From positions 1-58,776 of the IMG/VR virus record IMGVR_UViG_3300046167_000328: DNA of 58,776 nt; one strand, given 5' to 3'. Positions 14,890 to 25,245 of this stretch are shown here, one piece after another. A program made the position numbers and the translations under genes. Under the pieces are notes generated by a model. The model was not told the DNA's origin. It saw only the letters and a list, made by a program, of their open reading frames with translations, and did not search any database. Position 1 is the first letter of the stretch. Each line of letters starts with the position of its first letter. Origin of the DNA: a virus (Duplodnaviria; Caudoviricetes).

Positions 14890-17099
14890 TGTACGAGCAG
14901 TCACTATATAAAATATTACCTGATCACGTTAAGTCTAAGGTTATAAATAAGAAAAATAGATACAACAAGTGGGAGTACGGTTATAACAAGGAATTTGATA
15001 TGATTGTTATCAGTAAAACTGGTAAAATAGGTGATATATACGAAATACAAAATATTAAAATAGCTTTACCAAAAGAAGATGAAGTTATTACGTTTGAAGG
15101 AGAGAAATGGAGGCACACTGAATACCCTAAAGAACTTTCAAAGATAAAATCAGTGTTTGATTGGGATGAGCACCCTTCACAATTTAAAGAAAAATGGTAT
15201 GACTACATTGATAAAGAGTTTAAAAGACGTGAAGAAGGTTTTTGGTTTTATAACAAAGACGCTCCTTGCTATATTACTGGTACTCACTACATGTACTTGC
15301 AGTGGTCCAAAATTGATGTTGGGCAACCAGACTTTAGGCAATCAAACAGATTATTCTTTATATTCTGGGAAGCTTGCAAAGCAGATGTACGTTGTTACGG
15401 AATGTGCTATCTTAAGAACAGACGGTCAGGGTTTTCTTTCATGGCCTCAGGCGAAACGGTTAATCAAGCTACAATATCCACAGACTCCAGATTCGGAATT
15501 TTATCAAAGTCTGGTCCAGATGCGAAAAAGATGTTTACTGATAAAGTGGTACCCATCTCGGTTAATTATCCCTTCTTCTTCAAACCAATCCAGGACGGTA
15601 TGGACAGGCCAAAAACGGAGCTTGCGTACAGAGTTCCCGCGTCCAAGTTTACTAGAAAAAAACTTGACACCAATGAAAAGCTACAAGAGATCACCGGGCT
15701 CGACACGACGATCGACTGGAAGAACACTGGGGACAACTCGTACGATGGTGAAAAATTAAAACTATTAGTCCACGATGAAAGTGGTAAATGGGAAAGACCT
15801 ACAAACATATTAAACAACTGGAGAGTTACAAAAACTTGTTTACGTTTAGGTTCTAGGGTTATAGGTAAGTGTATGATGGGAAGCACATCAAACGCTTTAG
15901 ATAAAGGTGGTGAGAATTTTAAAAAATTATACTATGATTCCGACGCAACAAAAAGAAACCGCAACGGTCAGACTAGCTCGGGACTATATAGTTTGTTCAT
16001 TCCTATGGAGTGGAACTACGAAGGATTCATTGATTCTTATGGATTACCTGTATTCGATACACCGGATAAGGAAGTTTTAGATCCTTTAGGTGATATTATA
16101 AACCAAGGAGTAATAGAGCATTGGCAAAATGAGGTTGATGGATTAAAAGATGATCAAGATGGTTTAAATGAATACTATAGACAGTTTCCACGTACAGAAG
16201 AACATGCTTTTAGAGATGAGGCAAAAGAGTCTTTGTTTAATCTAACTAAGATATACGAACAAATAGATTACAATGCTGATTTACAAAACACCTCAACAAT
16301 AACAACGGGTAGTTTTATGTGGGAGAATGGCGTAAAAGATAGTAGAGTATTGTTCTACCCAAACAAAGATGGTAGATTTAGAATATCTTGGGTACCACAG
16401 ATTGAACTACAAAATAAAATAGTAATAAAAAATGGTATTAAATACCCTGGTAATGAGCACTGCGGAGCTTTTGGTTGTGATAGCTATGATATATCAGGTA
16501 CTGTTGACAATAGAGGTTCTAATGGATCGTTACATGGTTTAACAAAGTTCTCTATGGAAAACGTACCACCTAATATATTTTTCTTAGAGTATATAGCTAG
16601 ACCACAAACTGCTGAGATATTTTTTGAAGACGTATTGATGGCTTGTGTATTTTACGGAATGCCAATACTAGCAGAGAATAATAAACCTAGATTATTGTAC
16701 CATTTCAAAAGAAGAGGTTACAGAGGTTTCTCAATGAACAGGCCAGACAAGATATATAATAAGTTATCTGTTACGGAGAGAGAGATAGGTGGAGTACCTA
16801 ATTCAAGTGAAGACATGAAACAGGCTCACGCAGCAGCTATAGAAACATATATAGAAGAAAATGTAGGTAACACACCTAACGGTTATGGAAGTATGTATTT
16901 TCAAAGGACACTGGAAGACTGGGCTAAATTTAATATAAACAATAGAACAAAACACGATGCCTCTATAAGTTCGGGGTTAGCTATAATGGCTTGTAATAAG
17001 AATAGGTATACGCCTGTAGCTAAAAGAGAGCATAAAAAAATAGATTTAGGTATAAAACGATACAACAACAAGGGAACGTCGTCAAAAATTATAAGATAA
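14889..17099 (+). CDS. terL: Terminase large subunit
   Basis: Walker A-like LKNRRSGFS, Walker B LLVHDESGKW, nuclease FGCDSYD. Confidence 0.92.
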   Translation: MYEQSLYKILPDHVKSKVINKKNRYNKWEYGYNKEFDMIVISKTGKIGDIYEIQNIKIALPKEDEVITFEGEKWRHTEYPKELSKIKSVFDWDEHPSQFKEKWYDYIDKEFKRREEGFWFYNKDAPCYITGTHYMYLQWSKIDVGQPDFRQSNRLFFIFWEACKADVRCYGMCYLKNRRSGFSFMASGETVNQATISTDSRFGILSKSGPDAKKMFTDKVVPISVNYPFFFKPIQDGMDRPKTELAYRVPASKFTRKKLDTNEKLQEITGLDTTIDWKNTGDNSYDGEKLKLLVHDESGKWERPTNILNNWRVTKTCLRLGSRVIGKCMMGSTSNALDKGGENFKKLYYDSDATKRNRNGQTSSGLYSLFIPMEWNYEGFIDSYGLPVFDTPDKEVLDPLGDIINQGVIEHWQNEVDGLKDDQDGLNEYYRQFPRTEEHAFRDEAKESLFNLTKIYEQIDYNADLQNTSTITTGSFMWENGVKDSRVLFYPNKDGRFRISWVPQIELQNKIVIKNGIKYPGNEHCGAFGCDSYDISGTVDNRGSNGSLHGLTKFSMENVPPNIFFLEYIARPQTAEIFFEDVLMACVFYGMPILAENNKPRLLYHFKRRGYRGFSMNRPDKIYNKLSVTEREIGGVPNSSEDMKQAHAAAIETYIEENVGNTPNGYGSMYFQRTLEDWAKFNINNRTKHDASISSGLAIMACNKNRYTPVAKREHKKIDLGIKRYNNKGTSSKIIR

Positions 17100-19490
17100 A
17101 TGAAAGTATACACCAATGGTAATAGCTCTTTTCCTAGCCAAGTAGTTAGTGACGAAGTTAAGGCAAGCTTAGATTATGGTATTCAAGTAGCTAGAGCTAT
17201 TGAAGGAGAGTGGTTTCAAGAAGGTCGTTCCGGTAATAGATATGCTCAAAGTTATAGCAATTACCATCAACTTAGATTATATTCTAGAGGCGAGCAGTCA
17301 ATAGCTAAATACAAAGATGAATTATCTATAAACGGTGATTTATCTTATTTAAATTTAGATTGGAAACCAGTACCAGTTATACCTAAGTTCGTAGATATTG
17401 TAGTTAATGGTATGTCTAACAAAGAGTATGATATAGTTGCTTACGCGCAAGACCCTGAAAGTCAAAAGAAAAGAACCGATCACGCTAACGAAATAGCGGC
17501 AGATATGGTTGCTCAAGATTTAATACAGCAGGCTAAGGAAAATACTGGAAAAGATTTTTCAAGATCAAACTTAAAACAAGAAGAGTTACCATCTACTCTT
17601 GAAGAGTTAGAACTACATATGCAACTATCTTACAAGCAAGGTGTTGAAGTAGCTGAAGAAGAAGTAATAAATAATACTTTAGCAAGAAATAAGTATAACT
17701 TAATTAGACGTAGATTAAATCACGATTTAACAGTACTAGGTATTGCTGCAGTAAAAACAGGCTTCAACCCATCAAATGGGGTAACTATTGACTATGTTGA
17801 TCCAGCTTATATGGTTTACTCATATACTGAAGATCCTAACTTTGGTGATATATATTATGTTGGTGAAGTAAAGTCTATAACCATATCTGAATTAAAAAAA
17901 CAGTTTCCACATATATCTGAAGATGAATTAGAGGCTATACAAAAAATGCCAGGTAATTCTCAGTATATAACAGGTTGGGGTAATTATGATTCAAACACTG
18001 TTCAAGTTATGTATTTCGAATACAAGACTTATATGAACCAAGTGTTCAAAATAAAAACAACAGACAACGGTTTAGAAAAAGCTATAGAAAAAACAGACAG
18101 TTTCGATCCACCTTCTAATGACAACTTTGAAAGAGTAAGTAGAAGTATAGAGGTCTTGTATACTGGAGCTAAGGTTCTAGGTAACAACCATATGCTTGAG
18201 TGGAAATTAGCAGAGAATATGTCTAGACCTTTTGCTGACACAACGAAAGTAGAAATGAATTACTCTATATGCGCACCTAGAATTTACAAAGGTAGAATAG
18301 AGTCTATAGTAAGTAGAATAACAGGTTTTGCTGATATGATTCAGTTAACTCACTTAAAGCTACAGCAAGTAATGTCTAGAATAGTACCAGATGGTGTGTT
18401 CTTAGATATGGATGGTTTAGCCGAAGTCGACTTAGGTAATGGTACAAGTTACAATCCTGCGGAAGCTCTTAATATGTATTTCCAAACAGGTAGTGTTGTA
18501 GGTAGATCACTTACGCAAGACGGAGGTATGAACGCTGGTAAAGTTCCTATTCAAGAACTATCTTCATCATCTGGTCAAGCTAAAATACAGAGTTTAATAG
18601 GTACTTATCAGTACTATTTACAGATGATAAGAGATGTAACTGGTCTAAATGAAGCTAGAGACGGTTCTACGCCAGATAAAGATTCTTTATTAGGTTTACA
18701 AAAAATGGCAGTTAATGCGTCTAATACGGCGACAAGGCATTTAATGCAGGCTCAGTTGTTTTTAACTTTAAGAGTATGTGAGAATATTTCTTTAAAAATA
18801 GCAGATTCTTTATCATACCCATTAACAGCAAACTCGTTAAAGCAAAGTATATCTAATTACAACTTTCAAACACTTAGTGAAATTGAAAACTTAAACTTAC
18901 ATGATTTTGGTATATACTTAGAATTAGAGCCTGACGAAGAAGAAAAAGCTAAGCTAGAGCAAAACTTACAAGTAGCGTTGCAAACAGGAAGTGTAGACCT
19001 TGATGATATTATAGATATAAGACAGGTTAGAAATTTAAAAATGGCTAACCAGTTATTAAAGCTTAAGAAAAAGAAACGTCATCAACAAAAGATGGCTGAT
19101 CAACAAGCTAACATAGATGCTCAAGCGCAAGCAAACGCTCAGTCTGCTGAAAAAGCTGCAATGGCTGAGGTTCAAAAACAACAAGCTCTTACTCAAGAAA
19201 AAGTAAGTATAGAACAAGCTAAGTCACAGTTTGAAATACAAAGAATGCAGACTGAAGCTCAAATAAAAAGAGAGCTAATGGCTGAAGAGTTCAACTATCA
19301 ATTTCAATTAGCAAAAATAAAAGCTGATGCTGAAAAGAGCAGGGAAGTTGAACTAGAAGATCGTAAAGACGAAAGAACAAGAATACAAGCTACACAGCAA
19401 TCAAAAATGATAGCTCAAAGACAAAATGATGAGTTACCTAAAGACTTTGAATCATCTGCTTTTGATGATTTGAGTGGTTTTGGGCTGTAG
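17100..19490 (+). CDS. Portal protein
   Basis: 796 aa directly after terL; IPKFVDIVVNG, IRDVTGLNEARDG, Q-rich C-terminal coiled coil. Confidence 0.88.
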   Translation: MKVYTNGNSSFPSQVVSDEVKASLDYGIQVARAIEGEWFQEGRSGNRYAQSYSNYHQLRLYSRGEQSIAKYKDELSINGDLSYLNLDWKPVPVIPKFVDIVVNGMSNKEYDIVAYAQDPESQKKRTDHANEIAADMVAQDLIQQAKENTGKDFSRSNLKQEELPSTLEELELHMQLSYKQGVEVAEEEVINNTLARNKYNLIRRRLNHDLTVLGIAAVKTGFNPSNGVTIDYVDPAYMVYSYTEDPNFGDIYYVGEVKSITISELKKQFPHISEDELEAIQKMPGNSQYITGWGNYDSNTVQVMYFEYKTYMNQVFKIKTTDNGLEKAIEKTDSFDPPSNDNFERVSRSIEVLYTGAKVLGNNHMLEWKLAENMSRPFADTTKVEMNYSICAPRIYKGRIESIVSRITGFADMIQLTHLKLQQVMSRIVPDGVFLDMDGLAEVDLGNGTSYNPAEALNMYFQTGSVVGRSLTQDGGMNAGKVPIQELSSSSGQAKIQSLIGTYQYYLQMIRDVTGLNEARDGSTPDKDSLLGLQKMAVNASNTATRHLMQAQLFLTLRVCENISLKIADSLSYPLTANSLKQSISNYNFQTLSEIENLNLHDFGIYLELEPDEEEKAKLEQNLQVALQTGSVDLDDIIDIRQVRNLKMANQLLKLKKKKRHQQKMADQQANIDAQAQANAQSAEKAAMAEVQKQQALTQEKVSIEQAKSQFEIQRMQTEAQIKRELMAEEFNYQFQLAKIKADAEKSREVELEDRKDERTRIQATQQSKMIAQRQNDELPKDFESSAFDDLSGFGL

Positions 19491-19541
19491 TAGTTTAGCT
19501 TTAAATAAAAGCAAATATTAACTATTTAATTATATTATATC

Positions 19542-20681
19542 ATGTCAGAAGAAAAACAAGAGGGAGAATTTTCTCTAAAAGGTAAAAAGACTAAACCTAA
19601 AAATTTAGGTAAACAACAAGATGGACCTATAAAAGTAGATCTATCTAAAAGCAATGAAGAGCAGGAAGTTACTAAAGTTGTAATTGAAACTGAAGAGGAT
19701 CAGGCGGAACAAACCACTAAAGAAGAGGTTATTGAAAACACAGAAGTTACTCAAGATAATACACCTATTATACAAGAGGTAACTGAAGAAGATTATCAAG
19801 ATGAAGTTGAAATTATAGAAGAGCAATTAGAACAAGCTATTGTAGAAAATAGTGTTGGAATTAATTTACCAGAAAATATAGAAAAGTTAGTTTCTTTCAT
19901 GGAAGACACTGGTGGAACAATAAACGATTACGTTAGATTAAATGCTGACTACTCTAATATTGACAACGACACATTACTTAGAGAATATTATAAAAAAACA
20001 AAACCTTACTTAGACAGTGAGGATTTAAATCTCATGCTTGAGGATTTTTCATATGATGAAGATTTAGACGAGGAAAGAGATATACGCAAGAAGAAACTTG
20101 CATTTAAAGAAGAAGTTGCAAAAGCCAAAAGCTTTTTAGAGGAAACAAAGAGTAAATACTACGACGAGATCAAGTTGAGACCGGGCGTAACTCAAGAACA
20201 ACAAAAAGCTGTGGACTTTTTCAATAGATATAACGAAGAGCAAGGCAAAGCCGAGCAACAACACGAGTTATTCAAAAACCAGACTAAAAAATTATTCTCA
20301 CAAGATTTCAAAGGTTTTGATTTCAATTTGGGAGAAAAGAAATTCAGGTATGGTGTAAAAGATCCTAGTAAAGTTGCAGAAACCCAGTCAAACATTAGTA
20401 ACATCGTAGGGAAGTTCCTTAACAAAGATGGTAGTGTTAAAGACCCAGCGGGTTATCACAAGGCAATGTACGCCGCTGCTAATGTCGATACTATTGCTAA
20501 TCATTTTTATGAACAAGGAAAAGCTGACGCTGTCAAACAAGTTATAGACAGTTCAAAAAATCCAAGTCAAGCTCTAAGGCAATCGCCTCAAACAGGGTTT
20601 AAAGATGGTATCAAGGTAAAGGTGTTAAATGAAGGTGCTCTAAGTTCGTCAAAATTAAAAATAAAAAAAATAAAAATTTAA
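19542..20681 (+). CDS. Capsid scaffolding protein
   Basis: Highly acidic and helical; lies between portal and capsid. Confidence 0.75.
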   Translation: MSEEKQEGEFSLKGKKTKPKNLGKQQDGPIKVDLSKSNEEQEVTKVVIETEEDQAEQTTKEEVIENTEVTQDNTPIIQEVTEEDYQDEVEIIEEQLEQAIVENSVGINLPENIEKLVSFMEDTGGTINDYVRLNADYSNIDNDTLLREYYKKTKPYLDSEDLNLMLEDFSYDEDLDEERDIRKKKLAFKEEVAKAKSFLEETKSKYYDEIKLRPGVTQEQQKAVDFFNRYNEEQGKAEQQHELFKNQTKKLFSQDFKGFDFNLGEKKFRYGVKDPSKVAETQSNISNIVGKFLNKDGSVKDPAGYHKAMYAAANVDTIANHFYEQGKADAVKQVIDSSKNPSQALRQSPQTGFKDGIKVKVLNEGALSSSKLKIKKIKI

Positions 20682-20700
20682 CATTTAAAATCATTTAAAA

Positions 20701-22131
20701 ATGGCATTAAACAACGCATTCGGTTCAATTAAACCGAGTCAAAAACAACAATTACTGTCTGACAACTATTTAAGTTTTACAGATGGATCAGGAAACGATT
20801 TTGCACAACAATATCTACCTGAAATTTATGAACAAGAAGTAGAGCGTTACGGAAACAGAACGTTATCTGGATTCTTACGTATGGTAGGTGCTGAAATGCC
20901 TATGACTTCTGACCAAGTAGTATGGTCTGAGCAAAATAGATTACACATCGCTTATGATGCAGTAACTGCTGCTACAGCAACTACTTTAACATTTGTAACT
21001 GGTGGAACATCTCAAGTAAACAATGTTATCTCTAAAAACGATACTATCGTGGTTTTAGATCCTGCAAATGGACAAGAAGTAACTGCGTTAGTTATAGATA
21101 GCGTAAACAACGGAGCTGGTACTTTAGCTACTCTTACAGTTGCTACTTATACCGGAGCTGATCTTGCTGCTACTTTCACCGTGGGAGATACAGATTTAAA
21201 AATCTTTGTATACGGTTCTGAGTTTCAAAAAGGAACAGGAGATTCTGATATAAAGTCAATTACTCCTTCTTTTACTCAATTCTCTAACTCACCTATTATC
21301 ATTAAAGACAAATACGCTATCTCTGGATCTGACGCTGCTCAGATTGGATGGGTTGAAGTTGCTACTGAAGATGGAACTGGAGGATATTTATGGTATTTAA
21401 AAGCTGAGTCTGAAACTAGACTACGTTTTGAAGATTACTTAGAGATGTCTGTAGTTGAAGGAACTAAAGCTGCTGCCGGGTCTGGTGTTGCTGCTATCGC
21501 TGGAGATGTTAAGTACAAAGGAACTGAAGGTTTATTTGCTGCTGTAAAATCAAGAGGTAATATTTATTCTGGATTTGCACCTGCTGCTGGAGATTTAACT
21601 GACTTTGACGAGATTCTTAAAAACTTAGATACTCAAGGAGCAATTGAAGAAAACATGTTATTTGTTAATCGTCAACTTTCTTTAACTATTGACAACATGT
21701 TAGGTGGAGTATCTGCTGGACCAAACGGTGGTGTTGCTTATGGGTTATTTGAAAACTCAGAGGATATGGCATTAAATTTAGGTTTCTCAGGATTTAGAAG
21801 AGGTTCTTACGACTTCTATAAAACTGACTGGAAATACTTAAACGATGCATCTACAAGAGGAGCTGTTGCTGACGCGGGTATCGAAGGTATCTTAGTACCA
21901 GCTGGAACTTCTACAGTTTATGATCAAATTTTAGGAACTAATATCAGAAGACCATTCTTACACGTACGTTATAGAGCATCTCAAAGTGATGACAGACGTA
22001 TGAAGTCTTGGTTAACTGGATCTGTTGGTGGAGCTTACACTTCTGATCTTGACGCAATGGAAGTACACTTCTTATCTGAAAGATGTTTATGTGTACAAGC
22101 AGCAAACAACTTCGTATTGTTTACTGACTAA
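20701..22131 (+). CDS. Major capsid protein
   Basis: 476 aa after the scaffold, strongly biased codon usage, followed by a terminator. Confidence 0.88.
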   Translation: MALNNAFGSIKPSQKQQLLSDNYLSFTDGSGNDFAQQYLPEIYEQEVERYGNRTLSGFLRMVGAEMPMTSDQVVWSEQNRLHIAYDAVTAATATTLTFVTGGTSQVNNVISKNDTIVVLDPANGQEVTALVIDSVNNGAGTLATLTVATYTGADLAATFTVGDTDLKIFVYGSEFQKGTGDSDIKSITPSFTQFSNSPIIIKDKYAISGSDAAQIGWVEVATEDGTGGYLWYLKAESETRLRFEDYLEMSVVEGTKAAAGSGVAAIAGDVKYKGTEGLFAAVKSRGNIYSGFAPAAGDLTDFDEILKNLDTQGAIEENMLFVNRQLSLTIDNMLGGVSAGPNGGVAYGLFENSEDMALNLGFSGFRRGSYDFYKTDWKYLNDASTRGAVADAGIEGILVPAGTSTVYDQILGTNIRRPFLHVRYRASQSDDRRMKSWLTGSVGGAYTSDLDAMEVHFLSERCLCVQAANNFVLFTD

Positions 22132-22148
22132 TACAAGAGTAAATTACT

Positions 22149-22193
22149 GTAATTCTTACCCTCGTTGTATTGACGGGGGTAATTATTACTTTT
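22149..22193 (+). terminator. Rho-independent terminator after the capsid gene
   Basis: TTACCCTCGT/ACGGGGGTAA stem followed by a T-rich tail. Confidence 0.8.
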
Positions 22194-22218
22194 ATTAACA
22201 TTTTTATTTTATTATATT

Positions 22219-23037
22219 ATGGCAAATCAAGCTAAAAAAGCAGTAGTAAAAGCAGAGGTTGCACCTCAGCCTATAAAAACAAAACAAGCACCCGCTGAAC
22301 CAAAATGGGAGATTAAAGATAGAACTTATATTTTAAAAGGTTCATACACTCCATTAACAGCTACTCTACCATCAAGACATTCTGGTAGATTTCCTTTGTT
22401 GTGGTTCGATGAAAAAACCGGGGAGCAAAAAGAATTAAGATACGCAACCAATCAAAATTCACCACTTGTAGAAAAACAAAAAGGTGAATCAACACTTGGT
22501 CATGTAATATTTAAAAATGGTACTTTATTTGTACCTAAACAAAAACAAAATTTACAGAAACTATTATCTATTTATCACCCTTCTCTAAACGTTAAGTATT
22601 ATGAGTTTAGTAAAGTAGAAAAAGCAACTGACGATCTAGTGTATTTGGAAATGGAGATTGAAGCTTTAAACGCTGCTAAATCCATGGATATTGATCAAGC
22701 AGAAGCTATATTAAGAGTAGAAGTAGGTTCTGAAGTATCTAAGATGACTAGTAGAGAAATAAAAAGAGATCTTCTTATGTTCGCTAAGAATAATCCATAT
22801 TTATTTATCGATCTAGCTAATGATGAAAATGTTCAATTAAGAAACTTCGCCATCAAAGCAACTGAAGCAGGTATAATAAAACTATCAGCGGATCAAAGAA
22901 CTTTCGTCTGGGCTTCTAATGGTAAAAAACTTATGACTGTTCCTTTTGACGAACACCCATACTCGGCTATGGCTGCTTTCTTTAAAACTGATGAAGGATT
23001 AGAAGTTTTCAAATCTATAGAGAAAAAGTTTATATAA
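22219..23037 (+). CDS. Hypothetical morphogenesis-module protein
   Basis: 272-aa ORF between capsid and tail ring genes. Confidence 0.75.
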   Translation: MANQAKKAVVKAEVAPQPIKTKQAPAEPKWEIKDRTYILKGSYTPLTATLPSRHSGRFPLLWFDEKTGEQKELRYATNQNSPLVEKQKGESTLGHVIFKNGTLFVPKQKQNLQKLLSIYHPSLNVKYYEFSKVEKATDDLVYLEMEIEALNAAKSMDIDQAEAILRVEVGSEVSKMTSREIKRDLLMFAKNNPYLFIDLANDENVQLRNFAIKATEAGIIKLSADQRTFVWASNGKKLMTVPFDEHPYSAMAAFFKTDEGLEVFKSIEKKFI

Positions 23038-23060
23038 CATGTAATAATAAATATATATAT

Positions 23061-23083
23061 GCCGGTCAATAAATATGGCCGGC
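23061..23083 (+). other. Intergenic GC hairpin just after a putative late promoter
   Basis: GCCGGTCA-ATAAATA-TGGCCGGC. Confidence 0.55.
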
Positions 23084-23116
23084 TATATTCTAACAAGTAA
23101 CCTAAAATAAAAGAAA

Positions 23117-23836
23117 ATGGCTATAGACATAAACAAAGTTTATAAAGCTGTTCTAGTTGTACTGGAACAAGAAAAAAGAGGAGTGTTGACGCCTAATGAG
23201 TTCAACAAGATTGCTACTCAAGCGCAGCAAGAAATTTTTACTCAGTACTTTGATGATTTAAATCAACTACTTGGAATGCCTCAAACCTCATTAGCATACG
23301 CTGATAGAATGGCTTTGTTAGATGAAAAAATATCTATATTTAAAACAACTGAAAACGTTGATTTAACTAACAACGTAGCTATACCTACACAATCTGTTCA
23401 AGAATTAGGCTCTGTTATATACAACAGCCCTACTATAGGAGTGCCAGGTAGAGAGGCTCAAAGAATACAACAATATGAGTTATTTACAACTAATCAATCT
23501 CCTTTAACAGCTCCTACATCTTTCTACCCAGTATACATATACGAAGGAAATAAGATAACATTGTACCCAGAATCTATACCAGATGGTACTGGTGTTGTTC
23601 AATTAAATTACTTGTACTTTCCAGCAGATCCTAAATGGGGATTTGATGTAGATACTGAACTAGGTCATTACGTATATAATGAGTTAGACTCTCAAGACTT
23701 TCAAATACATAAATCAGATCAACCATTGTTGATAGATAAAATACTTGGTTACGCAGGTGTAATGACTAAAGATCAATTTGTAATGTCTTTAGCTAACGGT
23801 AAAGAACAACAAATAAACGCTAACGATCAAAAATAA
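23117..23836 (+). CDS. Tail adaptor/ring protein, type A copy 1
   Basis: Paralog of 24484-25242 (KVYK.VL..L..E.RG..TP.EFNK.ATQ.Q..IF.QYFDDLNQ). Confidence 0.75.
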   Translation: MAIDINKVYKAVLVVLEQEKRGVLTPNEFNKIATQAQQEIFTQYFDDLNQLLGMPQTSLAYADRMALLDEKISIFKTTENVDLTNNVAIPTQSVQELGSVIYNSPTIGVPGREAQRIQQYELFTTNQSPLTAPTSFYPVYIYEGNKITLYPESIPDGTGVVQLNYLYFPADPKWGFDVDTELGHYVYNELDSQDFQIHKSDQPLLIDKILGYAGVMTKDQFVMSLANGKEQQINANDQK

Positions 23837-23841
23837 TAAAC

Positions 23842-24473
23842 ATGGCAGCAACAGATACAAAAACAACAACAGCTTTTATAACGCTGAATGATATAATAAA
23901 TAACTTTATAATATCATACACTGGGCCTGGTAAACTTATTCCAGATTCAAAAAGAACAGAAGTAATATTCCACGCTAGACGTTGTTTACAAGAATTTGCT
24001 TATGAAACATTGAAAAGTAAGTTTACAATAGACGAATTAGCAATGCCGTCAGGAAATGAACTTAACTTACCCAAAGATTTTGTGACTACAATCGAGGTTG
24101 GAGCTGCACCTATCGGTAATGTACCTATAACAGTTTTTACTCAAGTAGCATATACTGGTACTAGGAGGCTTATGTTGACCCAGGGCTTAATAATTTTTCA
24201 ATAGATTATAGTACTAGGACTATGTTTTTTAGTGTTTCTAACACAAGTTATGTTAATTTTAAGTTGACTTACTTATCAAATGCTCTTACAACAGATGAAT
24301 CTGCTGCTATTCCAAAACTAGCAGAAGAAGCTTTATACGCCTGTATGGTTTACGCTATACTAGCAAATAGAGAAAAGACAAACCCAAACTTACTACAAAG
24401 ATTATTAATAGAAAAAATAGACAAATTAGAAAGATCAAAATCTAGATTAATTTTTACTAACTTTTCTGAATAA
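23842..24473 (+). CDS. Tail ring protein, type B copy 1, interrupted by an apparent frameshift near 24163-24170
   Basis: The two halves align to the N- and C-terminal parts of 25246-26388 (DIINNF...KRT...F.A.R..QEF.Y.TLKS; PK.AEEA.YA). Confidence 0.7.
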
Positions 24474-24483
24474 ATAAAACAAA

Positions 24484-25242
24484 ATGGCTATAAACGTAGA
24501 CAAAGTATATAAGACCGTTTTGTTGATATTGAATAAAGAACAACGTGGTTATATGACTCCTGATGAGTTTAATAAAACAGCTACACAAGTTCAGCTTGAT
24601 ATATTTGAACAATATTTCGACGACTTAAATCAGCAGCTACGTGTACCACAAGCAGATTTTGACTATAGTAATAGGCAGACTGATATAGATGACAAAATAT
24701 CAACATTTAAATGTTTAGGCCCCTGTGCTACTGTTGGACCAAACGTGCCACCTTTTAATCTACCTATTGTAGATAATTTAACAGGTACAGCTATAGTTTA
24801 CGATGATACTCCTAATGCTAGTGAGTTTGCTTTTTATAGACTAGGTACTGTCACTTATGATGATATAGAAGTTCAAAGACTTCAAAGAGTTGAGTTTTAT
24901 AATATAGATAAATCAGATTTAACTCTTCCTAGCGAAAACTTTCCAGTATATCTTTATGAAAGCGGTAAGCTGAATATAAAACCTCCAACAATACAAACCG
25001 ATGTAGAAGCAACTTTTCTTAGAAAACCTAAAAATGTTATTTGGAATTTTCAAATACCTACTGGTGAAAACTATTATGAATACGTAGCCGCTGGTTCACA
25101 AGATTTCGAATTACATTCTTCAGAGCAAGTGGATGTTATAACAAGAATACTACTATACGCTGGTGTGGTTGTTAAGGATTACCAAATAGTTCAATTAGCC
25201 TCTAAAGAAATACAACAAAATGAAATAAATCAAAAAAGCTAA
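24484..25242 (+). CDS. Tail adaptor/ring protein, type A copy 2
   Basis: Paralog of 23117-23836. Confidence 0.75.
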   Translation: MAINVDKVYKTVLLILNKEQRGYMTPDEFNKTATQVQLDIFEQYFDDLNQQLRVPQADFDYSNRQTDIDDKISTFKCLGPCATVGPNVPPFNLPIVDNLTGTAIVYDDTPNASEFAFYRLGTVTYDDIEVQRLQRVEFYNIDKSDLTLPSENFPVYLYESGKLNIKPPTIQTDVEATFLRKPKNVIWNFQIPTGENYYEYVAAGSQDFELHSSEQVDVITRILLYAGVVVKDYQIVQLASKEIQQNEINQKS

Positions 25243-25245
25243 CAA

